The notes under the pieces: generated by a model
What the model saw: the letters and a program-made list of their open reading frames with translations, nothing else
Databases searched by the model: none
What the model was told of the DNA's origin: nothing
Shown here: positions 14,215 to 26,369 of the stretch, in pieces
Layout: each line of letters begins with the position of its first letter
Numbering within the stretch: position 1 is the first letter of the stretch
Translations under genes and position numbers: made by a program
Origin: Camelus ferus
Taxonomy: Eukaryota
Reading direction: 5' to 3'
Length of the DNA stretch: 64,000 nucleotides
Assembly: GCF_009834535.1 (NCBI RefSeq)
Contig: NC_045697.1
Coordinates: 47,928,001 to 47,992,000, forward strand

Positions 14215-15309
14215 GACAGAGTCAGATAAAAGCACAACTTTTCCTGAACCTATAAAAGAGCTGAGATAGCAGGGCAACCAAGTAGGCCTGAAATCTAAGG
14301 AGTCAATCTCCCCACAGCCCCACTCCACATGCATCCTGCCGGGATGGTCTCACCCATAGCAGAGAATGAGGAAGGCAAGCAGGTAAGAAAAAAAAAAATC
14401 AGCTAAACTTTTAGTGCTAGTGTGACAGTATAAAACCCCTGAGAGATCCAGACACAAGGGGAGTTCACACTCAATGCATGGACCCTTTTCACAGACCCCC
14501 TCCCCACCAAGTGCTCCCAGGAAAGACTGGAGCAGGCCAAGAGACTAGAACGCCTCCCTCGAGGGTGCAGCATGGAAATCTCTTACTGGTGCTGCCAATA
14601 ACTGTAAAACCTTCAAGGACACAGGTAAACACCCACTGTGTGTAGGGGAATGAAAGAAGAAAAAAACCACTAAGACTTCTATCCTGGGGCAGGGGTTGGG
14701 GTTGAGGTGGGCAGGTGGCACAGTAACCTCTATAAATAAAGCTACGGAAGGGTCCAGACACTCTGGCACATGACCTGCGAGAGAGATATACCATGAAGGG
14801 GAGAGGAATAGTGAGAAAACCTCATCCCCAAGGACCAGTGACACTGGGCCTACTTAAGACAAAGGCTGGATCTGGGAAACAGAAACCCTCCTTCACCCAT
14901 CACCTGCCTGAGAGCACTGAGTAATAAGCAACAGCAGTCTTCTGCTAGGGGAGGAACAAGAGCATGGAGAGTGACCCCCTCATGAGGCACAGACGCACAG
15001 ACAAGGCAGAAAACTGAGCATGGAACAGGAACACAGAGAAAAAAAAACTTCCAGCAACCTAGCCCCCACCCTAAGCACTAGGTAACAGTACAGAAATTTG
15101 AAGCTGGTGGTGGTAACCATAGCAACAGCAACCCCAAACCCAGCTCAACCTCTGACAGGATTGAATCAACGCTGTGACAAAAGAGGAGGCATATCCTCTT
15201 CCAGGCCTAAATACTATGTATTTCAGTCTCAACTGTTCTACACAAGATACCTGGCAGTCAATGAAAAATTCTGAGACATACAAAGAAACAAGAAAAAGAA
15301 CCTATAGTC
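14215..15309 (+). mobile_element. Older L1M 5'UTR/ORF1-start remnant that hosts the full-length L1
   Basis: Resembles ancestral mammalian L1 5' region (e.g. AAAATTCTGAGACATACAAAGAAACAAGAAA just before the TSD); boundaries approximate. Confidence 0.55.
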
Positions 15310-17049
15310 AAGAGAGAAGCAGAGAAGGGGGCTAAGATGGCGGAGTAGAAGGACGCTCGTAGCTCCCCTCTCCCACAAATACACCAAAACTCACATCCAC
15401 GGACCCATTCAGCCAACCCGAGCACCTGCCGAACTCCAACAGAACATCGCCCTCTTCAAAAAACGACGCCAAAAATCTGGTAGAAGAAAAGGAAAAAAGA
15501 AAGAAGAAAAGGCAAAACAGTGAGGGACCAGTCCTACAGGGAGGGAGCGGCAAAGGAGGACTAGCATTCGTTCACTGTGTCTCCCCTTCTCCAACGGAGA
15601 GGCCAGTGGGACGGAGGGGGAGCCTCCAAGGCTGGGATCTATAAAGAGCACCCCTTGACCGACAGAACTAAGTTAAACGGGCACAGAGGGTCCCTGCAAC
15701 ACCCAGCCCGAGACCCAAGCCGGCAGCTAGGTGACAGGACAGGCTGCCCGAGCCGGGCGGAGGACTGGGGCAGTTGCACTGAGGCAGCCCTGGGAGACTG
15801 CAGAGTGCTGTGCACCATGGAGGAGTGGGTACACAGGGTAAAACAACCTGGGCCCTCCATAAAACAACATGGCTGATGTGCCCTGGGGGGAAGGGTGCCA
15901 TACCCCCCATCTCTGAAAACCTGAGGAAGGTTTTTGGGTGAAGAGAGGCGGGGCTTAGGTGCAGAGGCCATATCCTCCAGCGTTTAGCACCCAGGCAGGG
16001 GCAGGGTCAAAACCTGAATCACTACTTAAGGGCATAGCAGCCTCAAAGGCCAAACAGAGACTTGTTTACAGCCCGAGTCAGACAGGACCTTTCTGCCCTG
16101 GTACCTCAGAGAACTCATGCCGCCAAGACAGACAAGGAGCTGAGTTTTGGCATGGACCAGGGGCAGGGCTATTCCATGGTCTTCCCCCAGCCTGCCTACA
16201 GAGCGAGGACCCAAGATGGAGCAGGCAGCTGCATACAGCAAGGTAGAGACCAGCGCCGGGAGAGGGCGGATGACCACCCACCTTCCTGGGAGGAACACAG
16301 TATCTGACTGGGGTGCTGGGAGGGGGCGCGATCCACCTGCCTACCTTGCCTGAGCACAGCATCTGACTGCTGCATTGGGAGGCAGAGTGACCCGCCCACC
16401 TCAAAGGAGAGCAGCACCTGACTGCAGTGTTAGGAGGGGGCACAATCTGCTTGCCAACAGGCACTGGGAGCAGCACAGACAAGGGCGCCAAAGGAAGGCC
16501 TCTGAAAACAGCAAGCTGAGTTCGCGAAACACCGTGAAGACAGAAAGACTTCTCAATAAAATCATTAAGAGCACACAGTCTCCACGAGAATAACCCCCCT
16601 TTTTTTATCTGTTCTATTTTCTATTACCTTTGTAATTTTTACTTTTTAAACAATTATATATGCTTCCAGTTTTAATCCCTTTTAAATTTTTCTTTTAAAA
16701 TATTTTTATCAGTATTATTTTTTAAAAATTCACCTCATTTCATTTTTATTTCTCTTGGTTTTGATCTCTTGCTATTGATTACACACAGGTTTAAATTTCT
16801 TTTTGCCCTTTTCTCCTTTTTTTAAAGGGTTTTAAAAGACATCTCAACCCGATTGCTATTCTGCTTCAACCTGCTCGTCTATTATTGATTATACACTGTT
16901 TTCAAACTTTTTTTCTCCCTTCTTCTAAAATTCTTTCTCTCTTTTTTTTAAGTTTTATTCCTGCATAGGCGTTAGATAGTTAAATAAATAAACTCCTTAA
17001 GGACCACAATAGATAATTGATACTCCATAAGCCACAGTGCCAGAGAGAT

Positions 17050-17942
17050 ATGAGCAAGATAAAGAAACAGAGGAACCATTCCCAATTAAAAGAGCAAGAG
17101 AAATCCCCTAAAAGAATGATCAATGAAATAGACATTGATGGCCTACTAAATCAAGATTTCAAAGGAGTGATCAAAGTACTGAAGGAACTAAAAGAGATAG
17201 TGTTTAGAGATATAAAATATGTCAAAAATGAAATTGAAGCTGTAAAGAAGAACCAAGTAGAACTGGTAAACTCATTGGCTGAGATGAGAGCTGATCTAAA
17301 GGCTGTACAAAGCAGACTGGATAATGCAGAGGAACGAATAAGTGACCTAGAAGACAAAACAGAAAGCACCCAATCAGAACAGCTGAGAGAAAAACAAATA
17401 AAAACTAATGAAAACAACATAAGGGACCTATGGGATAATATAAAAAGTGCCAACCTATGCATAATAGGGGCAAGAAGGGGAAGAAAGAGCAAAGGGGACT
17501 GAAACGGTATTGAAAGAAATCATGACTGAAAACTTCCCAAACTTAAAGAAGGAATCAGATATCCAAGTACAGGAAGCTCAGAGTGTCCCAAATAGGAAGA
17601 ACCCAAACAGACCCTCACCAAGACATTTCATAATCAAGTCAGCCAGAGTCAAGGATAAAGAAATGATCCTAAAAGTAGCAAGAGAAAAGCAAAGAGTGAG
17701 TTACAAGGGAACCCCCAAAAGGCTCTCAGCTGACTTCTCTACACAAACGCTACAGGCCAGAAGGGAGTGGCAAGATATATTCAAAGTCCTGAATGAAAAA
17801 AAGATGCAGCCTACGATACTTTATCCAGAAAAGTTATCCTTTAGGCTAGAAGGAGTGAGAAAGAATTTCACAGACAAGCAAAAACTAAGAGTTTAGCAAC
17901 ACTAAACCCATGCGAAAAGAAATATTGAAAGGTCTACTCTAA
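17050..17942 (+). pseudogene. L1 ORF1p (coiled coil, RRM, CTD), frameshifted
   Basis: ORF pieces 17017..17502 and 17510..17896 (RLDNAEERISDLED, ENFPNL, LSADFS..TLQARREW) in different frames; ends GGT CTA CTC TAA. Confidence 0.9.
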
Positions 17943-18353
17943 ATAGAAAACAAGCAGGATGCTACAGAAATGAGAAACTCAAAACTGGGAAGGTGACAAC
18001 TACCATGAATTACAAATAGAACAAACACAAAATTGTAAAAGAAGACATCTAAGTCATTAAGAGTGGGAGAGGGAAGCAACAAAATATAGAGTATTTTTTT
18101 TCATTTCTTTTTAAAAATTTTTTTTTCTCAGTAGGATGGATTTGAGATTATATTACTATCTGTTCAATAAAAACAGTTACACTAATGGGCTATTAGACTT
18201 AGAAAAAAGGGTAACCACAAGCCAAAAACTTACAAAGGAGTCACAAAAACTAAATAAAATCCATGATAATACAAAGGAAAACTACCAAACCACAAAAGGA
18301 AGAAGAAAGGAACAAAGAGGAAATACCAAATCAACTGCAAAGATAAGTTCAAT

Positions 18354-21300
18354 ATGGCAATAAACACACATCTATCATTAATTACTGTAAATGTTAATGG
18401 ACTAAATGTTCCAATCAAAAGCCATAAAGTGGCAGATTGGATAATAAAGCCAGAACCTTCAATATGCTGCATACAAGAGACCCACTTTAGGGAGAAGGAC
18501 ACATATAGATTGAGAGTGAAAGGATGGAAAAGGATATTCCATGCAGATTGAAAAGCCAAAAAAAAGCAGGTGTAGCAGTAATGATTTCAGACAAAACAGA
18601 CTTTAAAACAAAGGCCATAAAGAAAGATAAAGGACAGTTTATAATGATTAAAGGAGTAGTACAAGATGAGGATATTACACTCGTTAATATATATGCACCC
18701 AATATAGGAGCACCTAAGTACATAAAACAACTACTAACAGAGATAAAGTGGGATACTGATGGGAATATAATCATTGTCAGAGATTTTAACACCGCATTAA
18801 CATCACTAGACAAATCTTCCAGACAGAAAATAAATATGGCAAAAGAGAAGTTAAATAATACAATAGAAAAATTAGATTTGGGGACATTTTCAGAGCATTA
18901 CACTCCCAAAAAATAAGATATACATTCCTTTCAAGTAAACATGGAACATTTATCATGCTTGGGCACAAAAGAAGCCTCAACAATTTTAAGAAGATGGAAA
19001 TTATCTCAAGCATCTTTACTGACCACAATGCCATGAAACTAAAAATCAACTACAGAGAAACAAAGGAGAAAAAAAGGAAAGCATGGAGATTAACAACATG
19101 CTATTAAAAAAATCCAATTTGTCGATGATGAACTCAAAGTTGAAATTAAAAAATACCTTGAGACAAATGAAAATGAGAACACAACCACACAAAATTTATG
19201 GGACGCAGCAAAGGTAGTACTAAGAGGGAAATTTATAGCGATACAGGCCTTCCTCAAAAAAGAACAATCTCTAATAATCTAACCCACCAGCTAAAACAAT
19301 TAGAAAAAGACGAGCAAAAAACCCCAAAAGGCAGCAGAAGGAAGGAAATTATAAAGATTAGGGAGGAAATAAATAAAATAGAGATTTAAAAAAATAGAAA
19401 AAAATCAATCAAACCAAAAGCTGGTTTTTTTGAAAAAGTAAATAAAATCAACAAACCTCTGGCCAAACTCACAGAGAAGAAAAAAAGAGCACAAATAAGC
19501 AAAATAAGAAAGGAAAATGGAGAAATTACAACACATAAAATAGAAATACAGAATATCATACAAGAATTTTACAAAAAACTATATGGAACCAAAATGGATA
19601 ACCTAGAGGAGATGGACAAGTTTCTGGAAACATACAGTCCACCAAGGCTGAAGCAAGAAGAAACTGACCACTTGAACAAACCAATCACTAGAAATGAAAT
19701 TGAATTAGCAATAAACAAAAAATCTCTCTACAAATAAAAGTCCAGGACCAGACGGCTTCACCGCGTAATTCTACCAAACATACAAAGAACTCATACCAGT
19801 CCTTCTCAAACTCTTCCAGATGATTGAAAAGGAGGGAATACTCCCAAACTCATTCTATGAAGGCACCATCACCCTGAACCCAAAACTAGCCAAAGACACT
19901 GCTCAAAAACAATTTATAGGCCAATATCACTGATAAACATAGATGCAAAAATCCTCACTGAAATTTCAGCAAATAGAATCCAAATGCATATTAAAAAGAT
20001 TATACATCATGATCAAGTGGGGTTAATCCCAGGGACACAAGGGTGGCTAACATATGCAAATCAATCAATGTAATACATCACATCAACAAGAGAAAGGACA
20101 AAAACCACATGGTCATCTCAAAAGATGCAGAAAAAGCATTTGATAAAATTCAACACCCATTCTCACCAAAGTGGGTATAGAGGGAACATATCTCAACATA
20201 ATAAAAGCTATATATGACAAACCTACAGCCAGCATAGTACTCAAAGGTGAAAAATTCAAAAGCTTCCCAAAAAATCTGGGACAAGACAAGGATGCCCATT
20301 AACACCACTTCTATTCAACATAGTCTTGGAAGTGTCTTGGAAGCAATCAGTCTTGGAAGCAATCAGGCAAGGGAGAGAAATAAAAGGGATCCAAATTGGA
20401 AAAGAACAGGTAAAAATGTCACTATATGCCAACGACATGTTATTATATATAGAAAACCCTAAAAGGTCCACACAAAAACTACTAGAGCTGATCGAAGAAT
20501 TCAGCAAGGTAGCAGGTTACAAGAATAAATTCAAAAATCAGTTGCATTTCCTTACACTAACGATGAATCAACAGGAAAAGAAAGTAAAGAAACAATCCCC
20601 TTTAAAACAGCACCTAAAGTAATAAAATACCTAGGAATAAATCTAACCAAGGAAGTGAAAGAATTATACACAGAAAACTATAGAATGTTGATGAAGGAAA
20701 TTAAAGAAGACTTTAAAAAATGGAAAGATATCCCATGCTCCTGGATTGGAAGAATCAATGTTGTTAAAATGGTCACACTGACCAAGGCAAGCTACAGATT
20801 TAAGGCAACCCCTATCAAGTTACCCAGAACATATTTCACAGGACTAGAACAAATCATAATAAAATTTATATGGAACCACAAAAGACCTAGAATTGCCAAA
20901 GCATTACTGAAGAAAAAGAAAGAGGCTGGAGGAATAACTCCCCCAGACTTCAGAAAAAACTACAGAGCTACAGTCATCAAGACAGCATGGTATTGGTACA
21001 AAAACAGACATATAGACCAATGGAACAGAATAGAGAGCCCAGAAATGAACCCACAAACTTTTGGTCAACTAATCTTCGACTAAGGAGGCAAGAATTTACA
21101 ATGGAATAAAGACAGTCTCTTCAGCAAATGGTGTTGGGAAAACTGGACAGCAGCATGTAAATCAATGAAGCTAAAACACTCTCTTAAACCATACACAAAA
21201 ATCAACTCAAAATGGATCAAAGACTTAAACATAAGAGAAGATACAATAAACCTCCTAGAAGAAAATATAGGCAAAACATTATCTGACAGACATCTCAAAA

Positions 21301-22145
21301 ATATTCTCCTAGGACAGTCTACCCAAGCAATAGAAATAAAAGCAAGAATAAACAAATGGGACCTAATGAAACTTACAAGCTTCTGTACAGCAAAGGAAAC
21401 CATAAGTAAAACAAAAAGACAACTTACGGAATGAGAGAAAATTTTTGCAAATGAAACTGACAAAGGCTTGGATCCCTAGAATATATAAGCAGCTCATACA
21501 ACTTAATAAGAAAAAACAAACAACCCAATCCAAAAATGGGCAGAAGACCTAAACAAGCAATTCTCCAATGAATAAATACAAATGATCAATAGGCACATGA
21601 AAAAATGCTCAATAGCACTAATTATCAGAGAAATGCAAATCAAAACTACAATGAGGTATCACCTCACACCAGTCAGAATGGCCATCATTCAAAAGTCCAC
21701 AAATGACAACTGCTGGAGAGGCTGTGGAGAAAAAGGAACCCTTCTACACTGCTGGTGGGAATGCAGTTTGGTGCAGCCACTGTGGAAAACAGTATGGAGA
21801 TTCCTCAAAAGACTAGGAATAGACTTACCATATGACCCAGGAATCCCACTCCTGGGCATATATCCAGAAGGAACCCTACTTCAAAATGACACCTGCGCCC
21901 CAATGTTCATAGCAGCACTATTTACAATAGCCAACACATGGAACCAGCCTAAATGTCCATCAACAGATGACAGGATAAAGAAGATGCGGTATATTTATAC
22001 AATGGAATACTATTCAGCCATAAAAACCGACAACAATACGCCATTTGCACCAGCATGGATGTTTCGGGAGAATGTCATTCTAAGTGAAGTAAGCCAGAAA
22101 GAGAAAGAAAAATACTGTATGAGATCGCTCATATGTGGAATCTAA
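18354..22145 (+). pseudogene. L1 ORF2p (APE endonuclease, reverse transcriptase, C-terminal Cys-rich domain), multiply disrupted
   Basis: MAINTHLSLITVNVNGLN...CCIQETH (EN); NIYAPN; SLYANDM (RT YADD mutated); [32 protein letters not shown]; broken into many frames. Confidence 0.92.
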
Positions 22146-22511
22146 AAAACAAAAACAAAAAAACAAAGCATAAATACAAAACAGAAATAGACTCATAGAC
22201 ATAGAATACAAACTTGTGTTGCCAAGGGGGTGGAGGGTGGGAAGGGATAGATGGGATTTTAAAATTGTAGAATAGATAAACAAGATTATACTGTAAAGCA
22301 CAGGGAAATATACACAAGATCTTACGGTATGGAAGCTCACAGAGAAAAAACTGTGATAATGAATATATATGTTCATGTATAACTGAAAAATTGTGCTCTA
22401 CACTGGAATTTGACACAAAGTTGTAAAATGACTATAACTTAATAAAAAACATTAAAAAAAAAGAAAAAGAGAGAAGCAGAAACAGTCAGAGGTGCTTCTG
22501 GCAAACCATGG

Positions 22512-22546
22512 GTGTGTGTGTATATGTATGTATGTATGTGTGTATA

Positions 22547-22616
<70 letters not shown>
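22512..22616. repeat. Compound microsatellite (TG/TATG)n followed by pure (TA)27
   Basis: Directly visible; uninterrupted TA run 22559-22612. Confidence 0.97.
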
Positions 22617-22617
<1 letters not shown>

Positions 22618-23054
22618 TAAAAACGTGGGCACTCTCACTCACTGCTGGGTAGGGACGTAAATTGGTACATCCATTACTCCTCCAACTTTTCAACAACAAA
22701 AAAGAATCCAGGTACTATACAGACTCAAAGAAAGCTTCTATTCTAGTTACATTCCTGCCTCCTCTCTCTTCATCCTATATTCAAGCCATATCGTTCACTT
22801 TTATGCCTTTGCACCACTGAAATACCTTTCTCTCAATTCTCCTGCAAGATTCCATCTATCTTTTAGGAATCACCTCAAATACTTCTTGCCATATTCTCCT
22901 CCAGGAAAAATTAACTAACCTTTCATCTGTGATCCCATAAAATTTGGTCCATTCCTCTACTATAATAGTTAAAACATATTAAAATTATAGTGCAAGGGAG
23001 GTTGTCAAAAAAAAAAGTTATAGTGCAGATATGTGCTGACTGATAATGTATAAA

Positions 23055-24142
23055 CAACTCCTACTAATCAACAACAAAAAAATGGGAATAGGACATGAAC
23101 AGAAAATTGACAGTAAAAAAAATATAAATGGCTTTTAAACATATAAACGACCTCAATAATAAAAAATACAAATTAAAACCAAGATGGTACCATTTAGTAC
23201 CTATCAAATTGGCAAAGTTCAAAAATTTTGATTATACATATGTGGGAAAATAGGCATTCTAGTATTACTTGCTAGTAAGCCCATAAATTGGCAAAATCTC
23301 TATGAAGGCAATTTAGTGTTACCTATCAAAATTACAAATGCACACATCTTTTGATTCAATTCTATTTCTGAGTTTGTACTACAAGTATATTCATAATACT
23401 TGACAAGATCTACGTACATGATTATTCACTGCAAGGTCATTTGTAATAGTAAAAGACTGGAAAGATAAATGCGTATCGATAGGGTAATGGTTCAGTACGT
23501 TATGGTATATTCACACAATGAAATATTATATCCATGTTCATTGTACACTATTTACAATAACCAAGACATGAAAGCAATGTGAGAGTCCACTGATGGACGA
23601 ATGGATAAAGAAAATGTCATACATATACATACACACACACACACACACACACTATTCAGCCATAAAAAGAACGAAATCTTGCTGTTTGCGACAACACGGA
23701 TAAATTTTCACTTTTGCTAAGTGAAGTAAGTCAACAAAGAAAGACAAATACCGTATGACTTCACTTGTAAGTGTAATCTGAAAAAAAAAAAAAAAAAACA
23801 CACTTACAGATGCAGAGAGCACATTAGTGACTCCCAAAGGCAGGAGGTGGGGTGCAGATAAAACAGGCTCAAATGGTCAAAAGGTACAAATTTCCAGTTA
23901 TAAAATAAATAAGTCATGGATAATATACAGCACGGTGACTATATTCATAATACTACAATGTATATTTGAAAGTTGCTAAGAGAATAAATCTTAAAAGTTC
24001 TCATCACAAGAAAAAGAAATTTTATGATGATGGATGTTAACTAGACTTACTGTGTTGAGCATTTCCCAATTTATACAAATGTCAAATAATTATGTTGCAT
24101 ACCTGAAACTAATATGTCAATTATATCTCAATTTTTAAAAAA
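23055..24142 (+). mobile_element. Old L1ME-like 3' fragment with a younger L1MA-like 3' end (~23530-24142) adjoining or nested; contains (CA)n at ~23630-23652
   Basis: Two L1 3' sequences of different divergence in series. Confidence 0.7.
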
Positions 24143-24218
24143 CAACAGCTCCATCTGGAACAATCCCCAAGATACATTATGTTAGAAGCACACAAGTGAG
24201 ATACAGGACAGTGTTTAT

Positions 24219-25061
24219 TGTTAGAAAGCTATTTTCCTCTACAGGCAACAATTCTGATACTAAATGTGTAGATTTTTTCCCACAGTCTCCAATTATCTGA
24301 CACTAGCTGGATATCCTACAATTCAGTACAACTCTGACACTATCTATCTGGATTAAGCACCAGATCCCACAAATTAAGGAATCAGTCCCACAAGACTACC
24401 TCTGCTTCAGCTGCCAACTGCAAGTCTGGCCATCTGGTACTTCTGGCCAACACCTATACATTGGGGGTCCCAGAACCCCCTCCTCACACTTCAAAATTTA
24501 CTAGAACAGCTTGCAGAACTCAAAGAAACAGTATTTACTGGTTTATTATACAACATAGGACATAATAAAGAATACAGATGAACAGACACATAAGACGAGG
24601 TCTAGGAACTTGTCCCCACTGGGTTTGGGTGCACCACCCTTCCAGCACGTGGATGTGTTCACCAGCCAACCTCTCCAAACCCCATAGTTCAGGGATTTTT
24701 ATGGAGGCTTCATCATGTGGGTATGATCAATTATAAACTCAATCTCTATCCCTGCTCTCCTCCCTGGAAGGTGGGAGGTAGGGCTAAAAATTCCAAGCCT
24801 TTATTCATGGTTTGGTCTTTCTGGTGACCAGTCCTCATCCAGGAGCCCACCAAGAGTTGCCTCATTAGAATAGTAACACTCCTATCACCTAGGAAATTTT
24901 AAGGGTTTTAGGAGCTCTGTATCAGGAACTCGATCAAAGACCAAATATCTTTGAAAAATGCTCCTGGCATCCCTATCACTCAGGAGATGACAAGGATTTT
25001 AGGAGCTCTATGTCAGGAACGGGTGGCAGAGACCAACATAAATACTTCTTATTATGTCACA
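24219..25061. mobile_element. ERVL-type solo LTR (MER21-like)
   Basis: TG...CA termini; TCAGTCCCACAAGACT; internal duplicated CCTATCAC...TTTTAGGAGCTCT...TCAGGAAC unit. Confidence 0.7.
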
Positions 25062-25393
25062 AAATCCTTGCTCCAACATTTACTAGCTCTGTGACCTTGG
25101 GCAAGTTACATAATCTATTGGTGCCTTGCTTTTCATCTCTAAAAAAAGCATAGCAATGGCTTCCATATAAGGTTGCTGGAGGGATTAAATTGGTTATTGA
25201 ATGTTAGTGTTCAATAAATGTGAAGTACTATTTTAAGAAGTCATATCTCTCCTTCAGGACTATTAGGACAAAGAAGCAGAGATGATAAACTTTTACAACT
25301 ATTTCTGTGTGTCTTTATGGTACCAAGCAAAATAGTTTTTAATAAAAGATTTAAATGATAGCAAATGAAATAACTAAAAAAAAAAATACTTAC

Positions 25394-25505
25394 TTCACAG
25401 CAGCAGCAAAATGTCTGTTGGGCACCAGAACACATACAGAGCAAGGATAAAGAGACATCTGAGAAGCCAACTTGGAAAGACTATGCCTTTGATGATATAT
25501 CAAGA
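25394..25505 (-). CDS. MRPL1: MRPL1 coding exon 2 ([38 protein letters not shown])
   Basis: Long T tract + tcaag| acceptor, AA|gtaagt donor, 112 nt; HQRHSLSK and VPNRHFAAA match MRPL1 as I recall it; phase fits exons 1 and 3. Confidence 0.95.
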
Positions 25506-25854
25506 CTTGAAAGAAAAAAAAAAATAAAATATTAATATTAATCATTACATTCATAGTTTTTACATTCCCAATGTTTTTTAAAACAAAAATATTCAATAGT
25601 TTGTGATTGTTAATCATTCTTTAAAAGGTGTAAAAGTGAAAACGGCACTTCTTGAAACTAAAGCCAGATAAAAACATCTAATTGAAGAATTTTGTCTTCA
25701 TTTATTTTCAGTTTAATCTAGTTCAACCTCAACAGAGTGGGTTAGCTCTCTTATTACAGATTAAGTATATACATGCTGAATTTTTCTTAAATTAAACTTT
25801 CTTCTTCTTTTTTCTTTTTTATAGATAATACATTCACAGAGTTGCCAAAGGTAC

Positions 25855-26290
25855 TTCTGAAGGATAAGAACAAAGTGGAGGGAACTGCCTTACCAAAGAT
25901 CAAGACTTGTCATAAAGCTATGGTAATTAAGAGACTTCGGCATTGGCACAAGTATAGAAAGACAGACTAATGAAACAATAAACAGCCCAGCAACAGACCC
26001 ATGCACATATGGATATCTGAAATTTGAGAGAGATGTTATTGCAAGTCACTGTGCAAGGAATTTAGTAAGTGTTGCTAAGACAAGTGATTATTCATAGGGG
26101 AAAGTATATTTAAATCCCTATCTCACACATACACAATCAAATCTAGAAGGACTAAGGACTTATATGTAAATGGAAAAACTTAAAGTCTTCTATAATTTAG
26201 GAAAATACCTTTATGACCTTTGAGGAGGGAACAATTTCACAACAACCCAAAAGCACTAACCAAAAAGTGACTATAGGACTATAAAAATGA
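25855..26290 (+). mobile_element. Old L1ME-like ORF2 fragment
   Basis: GAACAAAGTGGAGGGAACTGCCTTACC...CATAAAGCTATGGTAATTAAGA; degenerate version of 20920-21350. Confidence 0.7.
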
Positions 26291-26369
26291 ATAAACTATA
26301 TGCTAGACAAATAGATAGATGTTATAAATATCTTTGGTATGTAGAAATACTAGGGAAATGTTTTTATTT

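Larger units (their letters stand above)
15324..22466 (+). mobile_element. Full-length LINE-1 (lineage-specific, probably camelid), inactivated, antisense within MRPL1 intron 2
   Basis: GC/CpG-rich 5'UTR starting with YY1 motif AAGATGGCGG (15334-15343); ORF1, inter-ORF spacer, ORF2, 3'UTR, AATAAA + A tail; perfect 14-bp TSD AAGAGAGAAGCAGA at 15310-15323 and 22467-22480. Confidence 0.96.

Noticed and set aside
14489..16593. Dense cluster of overlapping ORFs on both strands
   Set aside because: GC-rich L1 5'UTR sequence with few stops; no recognisable protein, and no evidence to call an ORF0 equivalent
24880..25020. Spaced direct repeats (CCTATCAC...TTTTAGGAGCTCT...TCAGGAAC)
   Set aside because: Only two units, internal to a MER21-like LTR; not a CRISPR-like array
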